A DNA stretch of 64,000 nt from Eledone cirrhosa (taxonomy: Eukaryota). Below the pieces are notes generated by a model that ran no database searches, was not told the DNA's origin, and worked only from the letters and a program-made list of their open reading frames with translations. Below, one piece after another: positions 25,115-38,112 of the stretch (within the stretch, counting starts at the first letter, position 1; each line of letters starts with the position of its first letter). The stretch lies in NCBI GenBank assembly GCA_964016885.1, contig CAXHJY010000593.1, positions 1 to 64,000 of the forward strand, in the 5' to 3' direction. The translations under genes and the position numbers were made by a program.

Positions 25115-27785
25115 CATCATCATCATCACCGTTTTACGTCCGTTCTTCCACGCTAGCATGGGTTAGACGGGTTGTCCTGTTGTGGGCAGTGTCTGGTCGG
25201 CTGACCATGCCTTGCTCATACAGGAACTGATCTGGCTTGATTTCTACAGCTGGATGCCCTTCCTAACACCAACCTCATTTACAGTGAGTGCTGGGTGCTT
25301 TTTCGTGGCGCCTACACGTCCACTTTACAGTGTGGGCTGGGTGCTTTTTTGCCGTGGCACCTCCACGACCACCTTGCGGTGGGAGGAATGGGGGCATATT
25401 GTTTATATGCTTCAGCATGTACCCATGGGAGGTCGGGTACCCTGTATTACTGCGTGACGCCAGAAGTCAACGGTCGTGTGTCATTGACTTTGAGAGGTGT
25501 AGTTGGGTAAGGTCGGCTTTTATCACCTCATCCCAAGTCATCTTGGGTCTCCCCACTCCGCGGTTTCCATCAACTTCCTAGTGCTCTGCACCTTTTTATG
25601 CAGCTGTCATCCTTCATACGCATCACATGTCCACACCAGCGTAACCGCCTCTCCTGCACGCAGCATTTGATTCCTCTTATGCTCAGTCTCTCTCTCAATT
25701 CCTTTATGCTTTGTCGTTCACGTATATTACTGTTACACATCCATTGGAGCATGCAGGCTTCGTTTCTCTCTAATCTACGTAAGTCTTCCACCTTCAGCGC
25801 CCAGGTCTCACTACCATGCAACATCGCTGTTCGGATACACGCATCGTACAGTCTGCTTTTCATTCTGAGGGAGAAGCCTTTTGCAGCTAGCAGTGGTAGT
25901 AGTTCCCTAAACTTCTTCCATCCCGTTCTTACCCTAGTTATTGTACTTTCTGAGCACCCACCTCCGTTGCTAATTCGGTCACCTAGGTAGCAGAAGCTGT
26001 CTACTGTTTCTACAGGGCCCTCCCAGAGATTGGTGGTACTTGTTTCCTGTGGCTGTTTGCTTGCTGTTTCAGCACAGCTGCTGCATGTGAATCCTACATT
26101 CTTAATTAAGCTTCCTGAGATCCGCTACATCTCTTGTGTACCCATTGTTTGCATTTGGGGCAGAGAATGGAGTTCCTACCTACACCTTTCCTACATACTG
26201 AGCAAGGCCATTTCCCTGAGGGGATCTGGGTTCTGTTTTCTCGTCTACTTACAAGGACCTTAGTCTTTGCCATGTTGACTTTGAGGCCCTTTCTCTCTAG
26301 TCCCTGCTTCCAGGTTTGGAATTTATTCTCTAGTTCTACCATAGATTCAGCTATGAGTGCGAGGTCATCAGCATACAGGAGTTCCCATGGGCATCCGGTC
26401 TTAAACTCCTCCGTTATTGCCTGCAGGACTATGATGAACAGGAGAGGGCTAAGAACAGAGCCCTGGTGGACCCCAACCTGTACGCTAAATTCCTCGCTAT
26501 ACTCATTGCTAATCCTAACTTTGCTGACTGCTCCCCTATACATGGCTTGTACCGCTTTCACAAGCCATTCATCTACTCCTAGTTTTCTAAAAGCCCACCA
26601 GATTACGGCACGTGGAACTCTGTCAAAGGCTTTCTCAAGGTCGACAAATGCCAAGTAGAGTGGCTTACTTTTAGCTAGGTACTTTTCCTGTAATTGCCTC
26701 ACAAGGAAGAGGGCATCAGTGGTGCCTTTCCCTGGTACAAACCCAAATTGCATCTCGTCTATATTCACCCAGTCCCTAATCAGCTGTGCTATAACTCTTT
26801 CTGTTACTTTCATGACCTGGTCCATCAACTTTATACCTCTATAGTTTCCTCTATCTAGTGCATCGCCTTTACCTTTGTAGCAGTTGACAATGATGCTACT
26901 GCACCAATCTTTTGGTATAGCCCCTTCTAGTATTACCTGGTTAACGATACGTGTGGTTATAGTGTGACCTACAGACCCAGATGCCTTCAGCATCTCGGCA
27001 GCTATACCCGATGGACTGGTTGCCTTCTCTATCTTCATATCTCTGATTGCCTTACTTACTACGCTGCCGCTGATTTGTACTGCTGGTCCCTCTATAGGGT
27101 CTACGTGGGGTAGGGTCTCTTCTTCCCATGCATTCTCCTCATTTAGTAATCTATCATAATGACTCTTCCATGCATCTTTCTTCTCAGCACTTGTGAGGGC
27201 AAGCTCACCTTTATCATTCCGGATACACTTCTCTCCAATGACATCACAACTATCTCTGACACACTGCCTCGCAATCTTGAATACCTCCTGTTTCTGGTCC
27301 TCACGTTGTAAAACATGCTTGAATTTTCTATCCTCTGCTTCCCTCCTAGCTAAGTATACTTGTCGCCTAGCTTCCCTCTTGGTCTCTATGTAATGTACCC
27401 TGCTCCCCCCGTTCTTCCATTCTTTCCATGCCTGTCTCTTGGCCTTGACTGCTTCATCTACCTTATTGTTCCACCACCAAGTCACTCTCCTCCTGCTTGA
27501 GGTCTTACTCCAGCCACAAACCTCATCCGTCGCCTCTAGTAAGTTATTTTTTAGGAACTCCCAGTTCTCTTCTACGTTAAATGTCTCTATCTGTTCTTCT
27601 TTACTGTCGTAGGCGTTGAGTAAAATATCTTTAAATCTGTTACTGGTTGTGGGGACTTTCAGCTTCCAGATCTTTCTTCTCCAGGTTGGCCTCTGTTTCC
27701 GGGTTCGTCTAGTTCTGACCGTGAGGTCGCTGACAACTAAGCTATGTTGGGATGTACATTCCTCACTAGGGAAGGCTTTTGTGTT
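25115..27785 (-). mobile_element. RTE family C, 5'-truncated, with frameshifts
   Basis: ORFs 26106-27785 (RT, LLYADD, start of the PHD) and 25570-25863; (TGA)n tail at 25115. Confidence 0.92.
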
Positions 27786-27792
27786 GGTTTTG

Positions 27793-27950
27793 TGTTGCCA
27801 ATAAGAAACACACGCACCAGTTGCATTCACTTCAATTTATTAGTAATTAAATTTATAAATTTAGGAACATGACCCTCCCAAAGTATAACAATATCGGTTT
27901 CATCACACGTTTTCAGATAAAGAATCTTGCTAAACAAATTCATAAACGAA
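27793..27950. mobile_element. Rearranged PLE-like terminal fragments (inverted plus direct piece of the 24380 family)
   Basis: 27793-27843 matches 24411-24461 in the same orientation, while 27866-27893 matches 24378-24413 in the opposite orientation. Confidence 0.7.
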
Positions 27951-28007
27951 ATATATATATGTATATATATATATATGTTTATATACATGTATATATATAT
28001 ATATGTA

Positions 28008-28091
<84 letters not shown>

Positions 28092-28142
28092 TATGTATGT
28101 ATATATATATATATGTATATGTATGAATATATATGTATGTAT

Positions 28143-28447
28143 GGAGGCACATGGCTTAGTGGTTAGAGCATTGGCCTTCCAATCGAAAGGTTGTGAGTTC
28201 AATTCTCAGACTGGGTGATGTGTTGTTTCCTTGAGCAAGGCACTTTATTTCACATTGCTCCAGTTTACTCAGCTGTAGAAATAAGGTCGTGGGGGTGCCA
28301 CGGCAAAAAAGCACCCAGCACTCACTGTAAATGAGGTTGGTGTTAGGAAGGGCATCCAGCTGTAGAAATCAAGCCAGAATCAGTTCCCGTCCCACCCTTG
28401 CAAGCAGGGAAAAGTGGACGTAAAATGAAATGATGATGATGATGATG

Positions 28448-28449
<2 letters not shown>
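28143..28449 (+). mobile_element. tRNA-CORE SINE with RTE-derived body and (TGA)n tail
   Basis: Box A TGGCTTAGTGG, box B GTTCAATTC, CCTTGAGCAAGGCACTT, GGTTGGTGTTAGGAAGGGCATCCAGC module and family-B-like 3' end. Confidence 0.85.
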
Positions 28450-28484
<35 letters not shown>

Positions 28485-28620
28485 TATATGTATGTATATA
28501 TATATATATGTATATATATATATGTATATGGATGAATATATATGTATGTATATATATGTATGAATATATATGTATATATATATATATATATGTATGTACA
28601 TATATGTATGTATATATATG

Positions 28621-28766
<146 letters not shown>

Positions 28767-28838
28767 GATATATGTATATATATATATATATAGATATATA
28801 TATATATAGATATATATATAGATATATATATATATAGA

Positions 28839-28870
<32 letters not shown>

Positions 28871-28874
28871 GATA

Positions 28875-28932
<58 letters not shown>

Positions 28933-28967
28933 TATATGGATATATATATATATATATATATATATGG

Positions 28968-29144
<177 letters not shown>

Positions 29145-29176
29145 TATATGTATACATATATATATGTATACATATA

Positions 29177-29222
<46 letters not shown>

Positions 29223-29704
29223 TATATGTATACATATATATATGTATACATATATATATGTATATATATATATATGTATACATATGTATATGTATATATA
29301 TATATATATGTATATATGTATATATAGGTATATATATATATATATAGGTATATATATGTATATATAGGTATATATATGTATATAGGTATATATATGTATA
29401 TATATATATATAGGTATATATGTGTATATATGTATATATAGGTATATATATGTATATATATATATATATAGGTATATATATGTATATATAGGTATATATA
29501 TGTATATATGTATATATAGGTATATATATGTATATAGGTATATATATGTATATATATATATATAGGTATATATATGTATATATGTATATATAGGTATATA
29601 TATGTATATATATATAGGTATATATATGTATATATATATAGGTATATATATGTATATATATATAGGTATATATATGTATATATATATATATAGGTATATA
29701 TATG

Positions 29705-29737
<33 letters not shown>

Positions 29738-29777
29738 GTATATATATATAAAAATAGATATATGTATATATATATAT

Positions 29778-32700
29778 TCCTCTTTTTTAGCCATAATGAA
29801 TCTGGCAAAAGAACTGGAAAAAAACATTCGAGCTATCACCCAGCACCACCCTCCACTATCACCCCACTGCACAAACTCCCATTGCTGCCATTAACAAACA
29901 AACAAATTAACAACACACCAAAACAATTAAAACCATCCACTCTCGCCTCTACATTTTTGCTTAACGCCCAAGGCATCAGCCCTTCCACCAATACTCAAAA
30001 ATGGAAGATCAAATTCCTGGAGGACTGGATTGATGTCCATCCAAACCACATCCCTTTCTTCGTCCTCACTGAAACCCATCTCAGTAACCTCCACTTGGAA
30101 GCCGAGGTGAAAGTGAAAAATTTCAAAGCCATCCGTGCTGATCGCGCTGGCAGAAGAAAGGGCGGAACTGCCATTTATGTCCATAATTCTTTCTCAACAG
30201 AGGCTATGAACATATTCACTAATGGATACTGTGAGGCAGTCACTGTATTCAGTCAAACCAACAACCTATTAGTAGTTGGGCTCTATAGGCCACCCCAAAC
30301 GCCTGTACCATGCTTCAAGGAATGCCTCAACAGCATAAAGTGTTTCATCCAAGAGTGTCACCCTGACAACATCTTAATGATGGGGGACTTCAACCTCCCC
30401 GGAGTTGACTGGTCCACAAACACCCTGCCACCAGGTTCTTCTGCCTCAACCTCTGACAGGGAAGCTGTGGAATCACTTCTTGACTTCATGGATGATTTCT
30501 TCCTATCCCAACTAGTGCTCGAACCAACGAGGTGCCACAAAAACGTCCTAGACTTAATTTTCAGCAATCACACTGACAATATCCACAATATTGCAGTGGA
30601 GAAAACTCTACTCTCTGATCATGACATGGTTCTCTGTGATCTGAGATTCCACCGTCCAATATACAAACCCAATGTCATCTCTCCTGTCCATCCGTTTGAC
30701 GCTATGGATTTCCACAATGCAAACTGGGAAGCGATCAGTCATGATCTTGCACATGTCGACTGGTCCTTCACGCACACTCATACACCCACTAACATCAAAA
30801 AGTCCTGGCAGACATTTGTGGACACTGTTACAAACATATGTGCTAAACACACCCCATTAAGAACTATAAACAAATCTAAGAGCAGAATCCCTAGAAATAG
30901 AAAAACGCTCATCAGAAAAATTAAGAGAACGAACAAAAAAATCAACAAGCTGAAATACTGTCAGCAGCAACACATCAACTTGACTGCCATTTCATCACTA
31001 GAGATTAAAAAACATAACCTCCAAAACAACATAATGTCCCTCATCAACAATCAGAGAAGAGCTGAAGAGGCCTGGGCCATTGAGAAGATCAAACTCAATC
31101 CCAAAGTGTTCTTTTCATTTGCAAAAAAACACAAAATCACTGGCTCTACTGTTGGCCCTCTAATTGATGAAAATGGCACTCTTCAAGACAATGCTAAAAC
31201 CATGGGTGAGATACTGCAGAAACAATACTGCTCTGTTTTCAGCAATCCTTATATGGCCGATCTGGGCTGTATCGGCGATGTTACTCCCCATTACACCTTA
31301 TCGGACATAACGTTTGGCGCCCCTGATGTCTTGGCGGCAATAAAGGAAATCAAGCATAATTCAGCAGTAGGTCCCGATAGGTTCCCTGCTTGTGTCCTGA
31401 AGGCGTGTCAACACCAACTTGCTTCTCCTCTTGCCAATCTGTGGCGGAACTCACTGGATGCTGGATATGTGCCAGAAAACCTTCTATCCCAGTCTGTTGT
31501 CCCAGTTTTCAAAAAGGGAAACAAATCCCTTGCCGTGAATTACCGTCCAATCTCACTCACCTCTCATATCATTAAGGTATTTGAGCGAGTGGTGAGATCG
31601 CGAATGACCCACTTCCTTGAGAGTAACAATATGCTGAACTCCAACCAGCATGGATTCCGTAATGGAAGGGATTGCCTGACGCAACTACTGCATCACTTTG
31701 ATGACATTTTGAGAGCCTTGGGAGAGGGTTCCAACACTGATGTTATCTACCTTGATTTCAGCAAGGCCTTTGACAGGGTTGATCATAACATTCTACTGAG
31801 AAAGCTGTCCAATATTGGTGTCACTGGAAAGCTGCTGCAGTGGATCAAGAGCTTCCTGTCAAACAGAACCCAACATGTTGTAGTTGAGGGAGTCAAATCA
31901 AGCCCAGCCAAAGTCAGTAGTGGAGTCCCACAAGGCACTGTGTTGGGCCCACTTCTCTTCATCATCTATATTAATGACATCACTGACATCATCAAACACA
32001 GCAACATTAAAATTTTCGCTGATGATTCCAAGCTCCAAAAGGTCATCAATGGCGTGGATGACCGGATAAGCCTTCAGTCAGACCTACTGGCTGTTACCCA
32101 ATGGGCAGAAAAGAACAACATGTTACTGAACGAGGACAAATTCGAACTGATCCACTTTGGAAAAGAGGATGCTCTGAAACTCCCGTACTCCCTTCCCTCC
32201 GGGGAAACTCTCGTGGCATCTAACAACATCAGAGACTTGGGAGTAACCGTGGACAGCAACATAAGCTGGACCACGCATATAAGCAGCAAAGTTGACATGG
32301 CCCGCAGAATGTGTTCCTGGATCCTCAGAACCTTCCAGTCGAGAGATTCCCGCACCATTATCCTTCTCTTCTCTACTTTCGCCCGACCACACCTTGAATA
32401 CTGTTGTCCACTGTGGTCTCCCCACACGAAACAAAGTATCATGAAACTTGAAGCTCCTCAAAGGGCAATCACGAAAAAGATAGATGGCATGTCAGACCTT
32501 GACTACTGGGGTCGATTGGAAAACCTGAAACTTTACTCACTCCAACGTCGCCGTGAGCGTTATATTATCTGCATGATGTGGAAAATGTTCCATCATCACT
32601 GCCCAAATGATGTTGGCATCGCCTTCAAGATACACCCAAGGCTTGGGCCCCGTGCTATCCGTCCCATTCAAAAATCTAAATCGCAACTCATAACAACAAT

Positions 32701-32902
32701 ACGGCACAATTATTTCACCTCAATCGGCCCTGCTCTCTTCAACATCACACCAGGACACGTCAAAACAGAAACTGACCACTCAAAATTCAAGAAGTCTTTG
32801 GACAAATTCCTCCAAGTAATCCCGGACAAACCACCCACACCCGGATATGTCTCCGCAAACAGTAATTCTCTTCTCGAATGGGCCATGGTGCCCAAATCCT
32901 GA
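29778..32902 (+). CDS. CR1-type ORF2: APE endonuclease plus reverse transcriptase
   Basis: LNAQG, LTETHL, GGTAIYV, LYRPP, GDFNLP, SDH; [62 protein letters not shown]; no stops. Confidence 0.93.
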
Positions 32903-32990
32903 ATTGAAAGACTTCGCCAGGTGGTGCTATTAAGTTAGACATGGCCTGGGCCAATACTGGCCAAAACATTTCAAAGTTATTCAAAGTTAT
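29778..32990 (+). mobile_element. CR1-clade LINE, 5'-truncated near the ORF1/ORF2 junction
   Basis: Intact ORF2, short 3'UTR with hairpin TGGGCCA..TGGCCAA and a (TTCAAAGTTA)2 tail; long TSD. Confidence 0.9.
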
Positions 32991-33003
32991 ATATAAAAAT
33001 AGA

Positions 33004-33043
<40 letters not shown>

Positions 33044-33045
33044 GA

Positions 33046-33093
<48 letters not shown>

Positions 33094-33095
33094 GA

Positions 33096-33138
<43 letters not shown>

Positions 33139-33751
33139 ACATATATATATGTATACATATATATATGTATATATATATATATATGTATACATATATATAT
33201 GTATATGTATATATGTATATATAGGTATATATATATATATATGTGTATATATGTATATATGTGTATATATGTATGCATATATATATGTGTATATATATAT
33301 ATGTGTATATATGTATATATGTATACATATATATATATATGTGTATATATATATATGTGTATATATGTATATATGTGTATATATGTATACATATATATAT
33401 ATGTGTATATATGTATATATGTGTATATATGTATACATATATATATATGTGTATATATATATATGTGTATATATGTATATATATATATATATGTATACAT
33501 ATATATATATGTGTATATATATATATGTGTATATATGTATATATATATATATATGTATACATATATATATATGTGTATATATATATATGTGTATATATGT
33601 ATATATATATATATATGTATACATATATATATGTGTATATATATATATTTGTATATATGTATATATATATATATGTATACATATATATATATGTGTATAT
33701 ATATATTTGTATATATGTATATATATATGTATACATGTATATATATGTGTA

Positions 33752-33788
<37 letters not shown>

Positions 33789-34028
33789 ATATATATATGT
33801 ATACATATGTGTATATATATATAAATGTGTGTATATATATAATGTATACATATATATATGTATATATATATATATATATGTGTATATATATATATATATG
33901 TGTGTATATATATATATATGTGTGTATATATATATATATATATGTGTATATATATATATATATGTGTATATATATATATGTATACATATATATATGTGTA
34001 TATATATATATATATGTGTATATATATG

Positions 34029-34062
<34 letters not shown>

Positions 34063-34070
34063 TATATTAT

Positions 34071-34677
34071 GTCAGGTCACCAGTTGGTGCTACTGGTAAC
34101 ATGTATCCCAGTACAACCTGTCTCATGGTCGGGTCGTTGGCGACTAAACTGGCAACCCCACCAAGGTTTCTTGGTGAGGAGGGTGACTTTGGACATCCTG
34201 CAGGACTAAAAACAAAACCTGTCAAAGGGCAAGGGAGCTCTTAAGAGTCAATAGCCATCCAAAATCACCGGGAGAGATGACCCCTTAGCCTTTGTCAAGG
34301 CAGAATTCTAGGAGAAGGAAAACTCTGATATAACACCTGCAATCCTGATGGTATCCAATGATGTTGACCTGTTCTTCTTTTTGGTAAATATCATCTTGGT
34401 TAAGAGAGTGGGACTGGCTTTGTGCAGTGCCTTTGCTCACTATAAAAGCTTCACAGCACAGGCATTGCTTTATATCTGGAGATCTCTCTACACTTGTCGT
34501 CACATGGTACCAAAGGCCCAACACTATGTGTCAATAATTGTCACAGGTGTAGTGTTTGTACCAGAGTTTTCAAGTCGCTGGCTGGACTAAAAGTCACACT
34601 TGTTTAGCGCATCGGTAGGGGTTCTCCTACATGGATATAAAGTAGTGGCCGTACTCGAAAACGAGTTGGCAGCCACC
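34071..34677 (+). mobile_element. 605-bp non-coding element, third copy (full length)
   Basis: Colinear and nearly identical to 17199-17803. Confidence 0.85.
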
Positions 34678-34824
34678 ATGTATATATATATGTATGTATG
34701 TATATATATATTGTATATATATATATATGTATGTATGTATATATATATTGTATATATATATATGTATATATTGTATATGTATATATTGTATATATATATT
34801 GTATATATTGTATATATGTATATA

Positions 34825-35050
34825 TTTTTGAGGAACGATCGACTTTGTTGTCAAATCGGACCGAGGGAACAATGTTTCCGTTGGTCTTTCCAATTGCTAA
34901 TACTATCTATCGGTCGCAACTCCAGGTAGAAGGAGCAACGTGAAATAAAGTGTCTTGCTCAAGGACATAACGCATCGCCTGGTCCAGGAATCGAACTCAC
35001 AACCTTACGATTGCGAATACAATTCTCTAACCACTCAGCCACACGCCTTC
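34825..35050 (-). mobile_element. tRNA-CORE SINE (same family as 3981-4212)
   Basis: Near-identical reverse complement; ends GATCGTTCCTC followed by A5. Confidence 0.85.
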
Positions 35051-35148
35051 ACTATATGTATATATGTATATGTATATATTGTATATATATATGTATATAT
35101 ATATTGTATATATATATATGTATATATATGTATATATGTATAAAGTGT

Positions 35149-35262
35149 CAGACAGTCCTATGCGAGCAAGACAATCACTCTTGCCTCAAGTGGGACTACC
35201 CCCGTCCAAACCCATGCAAGCGTGGAACACGGACGTTAAACGTTGATGATGATGATGATGAT
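35149..35262 (+). mobile_element. RTE family A extreme 3' end
   Basis: Matches ~22370-22477. Confidence 0.85.
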
Positions 35263-35851
35263 GTATATATGTATATGTATATATATATATGTATATGTAT
35301 ATATATATATGTATATATGTATATATATATGTATATGTATGTATATGTATATGTATGTATATGTATATATGTATATATATATGTATATATATGTATATAT
35401 GTATATGTATATATATGTATATATGTATATGTATATGTATATATGTATATGTATATATATATATATGTATATGTATATATGTATATGTATATATATGTAT
35501 ATGTATATATATATATATGTATATATATATGTATATATATAGACATATATGTATATATATATATGTATATATATATATGTATATATATATGTATATATAG
35601 ATATATATGTATATATATATGTATATATAGATATCTGTATATATAGATATATATGTATATATATATGTATATATAGATATCTGTTTATATAGATATATAT
35701 GTATATATATATATGTATATATAGATATCTGTATATATATATGTATATATATATATGTATATATAGATATATATGTATATATAGATATGTATATATTGAT
35801 ATATATGTATATATATATTGTGTGTGTGTATATATATATATGTATATATAT

Positions 35852-35914
<63 letters not shown>

Positions 35915-35924
35915 TGTGTGTGTG

Positions 35925-35972
<48 letters not shown>

Positions 35973-35979
35973 GTGTGTG

Positions 35980-36056
<77 letters not shown>

Positions 36057-36111
36057 GTGAGGTTTTTTTTACACAATGAAAAATAACCGAGGTGTCCTAC
36101 ACGAGTGGAAG

Positions 36112-36412
36112 TATAAAGAAAAAGGGATGAAATCGAAAATGCAACTGAAGTCTTATTTTTTAAAAAAAATATATATTTATTTGGTTCCTTTACCGGTTTC
36201 GCAGTTCTTCTGCTTTTCAAAAGGTGAGTTGAGATGGAGGGTCTGTGGTTTTTCTCACATCTGATGTGAGAAAAACCACAGACCCTCCATCTCAACTCAC
36301 CTTTTGAAAAGCAGAAGAACTGCGAAACCGGTAAAGGAACCAAATAAATATATATTTTTTTTAAAAAATAAGACTTCAGTTGCATTTTCGATTTCATCCC
36401 TTTTTCTTTATA
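36112..36412. repeat. Perfect 301-bp palindrome (150-bp arms, 1-nt spacer at 36262) built from a PLE pseudo-LTR
   Basis: Arms checked by eye as exact reverse complements; the minus-strand copy extends to 36050; similar to 8885-8940 of the Neptune element. Confidence 0.93.
36300..36337 (+). ncRNA. Minimal type-I hammerhead, U3-A8 core variant (mirror copy at 36187-36224, -)
   Basis: CCUU-UUGAAAA-GCAG(AAGAA)CUGC-GAAA-CCGG-UA/AAGG: stem I 4 bp, stem II 4 bp, palindromic stem III ACCGGU. Confidence 0.78.
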
Positions 36413-36447
36413 TATATATATATATATATATTGTGTGTGTGTATATA

Positions 36448-36555
<108 letters not shown>

Positions 36556-36857
36556 GAATGTCTGTGTGTATATATATGCATTTGTTTTTTTGTGTAGATA
36601 TATATGTGTGTATATATGTATATATATATATATATATATTTTGTTTTATCATTTATTTTGGTTTGACCTGTTTAGCTTGATTTGGTTTATGGCTTGGGTG
36701 GTTAATGCCTCCTTGACCACCTTTTCAGTTTTGTATGGCTTCTTAACACATTGTTTAGTTCTGGTTTTTAACTATTGAGCACTTTGCCAGTACCATTTCT
36801 GACTTTTGCGTTTTGCTTCGCTTTTCCTGCCTGCCGAAATGCGATTCTCAGTGAATC

Positions 36858-36922
<65 letters not shown>

Positions 36923-37489
36923 TGTGTGTGTAGATATGTATATGTGTGTGCCTTTTATGGTTGAATGGCTGTCTGTTTAATACGGGTTTGTATGTGATTG
37001 TATATGGTTATAAACATGTATGCATTCGCACAGATTTTGCTGTCTCTGCAGAAAATGAGTATACATAAAATATAATTTAAACCTTGAATTTAAAAAAATG
37101 TAAATGTACCAAAAGGTACGATGATGCAGGCATCCTACTGTGTATATGTTCAAGGGTGATGGCGGGTACTTCTATGTTTGTACGTGTTTATTTGTGTATG
37201 AATGTGAACATTTTAAAATTGCTACACACATCCATAGTGGATGTGTTTGTAAATGAGTTTGTGTTTCCTAAGTGTGTAATAGAAACATCTATGTGTAAAC
37301 GTAATTGTTAGGTACATATAATGATATATATGATATGTATGTATGTATGTATGTCAGGAAACTAAGGGAAGACAAATTGCAGTAGCTGCTACATAGGAAA
37401 GTGTGTAGATTTAACATTTATCGAATTTTTACATATTACTTCCTTATATATATTTATATATAATATAACTATGGGGAATATTATCACTT

Positions 37490-37900
37490 CATTCATTTAT
37501 TCATTATCTCTCATTTCCTTTTTTTTTTCTCTTCTATACCCTTCTAATACCCTTCATCTCTTTCTTTCAAACTCAGCTTTTTTCCTTTATATTCACTGAT
37601 TCCCCATCATGTGTCTTTTTATTCCTTCCTTCCCCTTATTCCTTTCACCTCATTGTCCAGGTCTGCTCCTTCCTTTTTCTCACTCTCTTACTATTTCTTC
37701 TTGCTCTCCCTCATGCTTTCTATCTGTTCAACTTCACTTCTTTTCTTTCTTTCCTTTTCTCTTTTCTCAATCTTTCCCTCTTTTCACACCTTCTTCTTTC
37801 ACCATCTGCCCTTCCTCATCAATTTCACATTCCTCTTTTTCTTACTGCACAGATTCCCTCACATCCACCTTTTCTTTCTTCCATATTGTTCAATTATTAA
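37490..37900 (+). repeat. Polypyrimidine low-complexity tract
   Basis: Almost entirely C/T on the + strand. Confidence 0.8.
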
Positions 37901-37931
37901 TGATTTTTGTTTAATAAATCTATATTAATAA

Positions 37932-38112
37932 TTGTTTCTACTTTTGGCACAAGGCCAGCAACTATACCAGTGCATTACTGGTACTTTATTTTATCAACCC
38001 CTCAAGGATGAAAGGCAAAGTTAACCTCAGCGCAATTTGAACTCAGACCATAAAGGGCCGTAACTCTAGGCTATAAAGCATGGCATCCGACCCTCTACCG
38101 ATACCGCCAATC
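37932..38112 (-). mobile_element. tRNA-derived SINE with (ATT)n tail (family of 50794-50971)
   Basis: Shared CTGAGTTCAAAT...CTTTGCCTTTCATCC...GGCCTTGTGCC..AAGTAGAAACA; further copies or fragments at 38627-38689(-), ~39880-39975, ~43170-43378, 46360-46444, ~55545-55700, 57614-57663, ~58820-59035, ~63150-63330. Confidence 0.8.

Noticed and set aside
36640-37310. Possible further decayed PLE end on the minus strand (YKPVLN; CUGAAAA-GGUGGU..ACCACC-CAAG)
   Set aside because: Too degenerate: the GAAA core is absent and the protein similarity is marginal.
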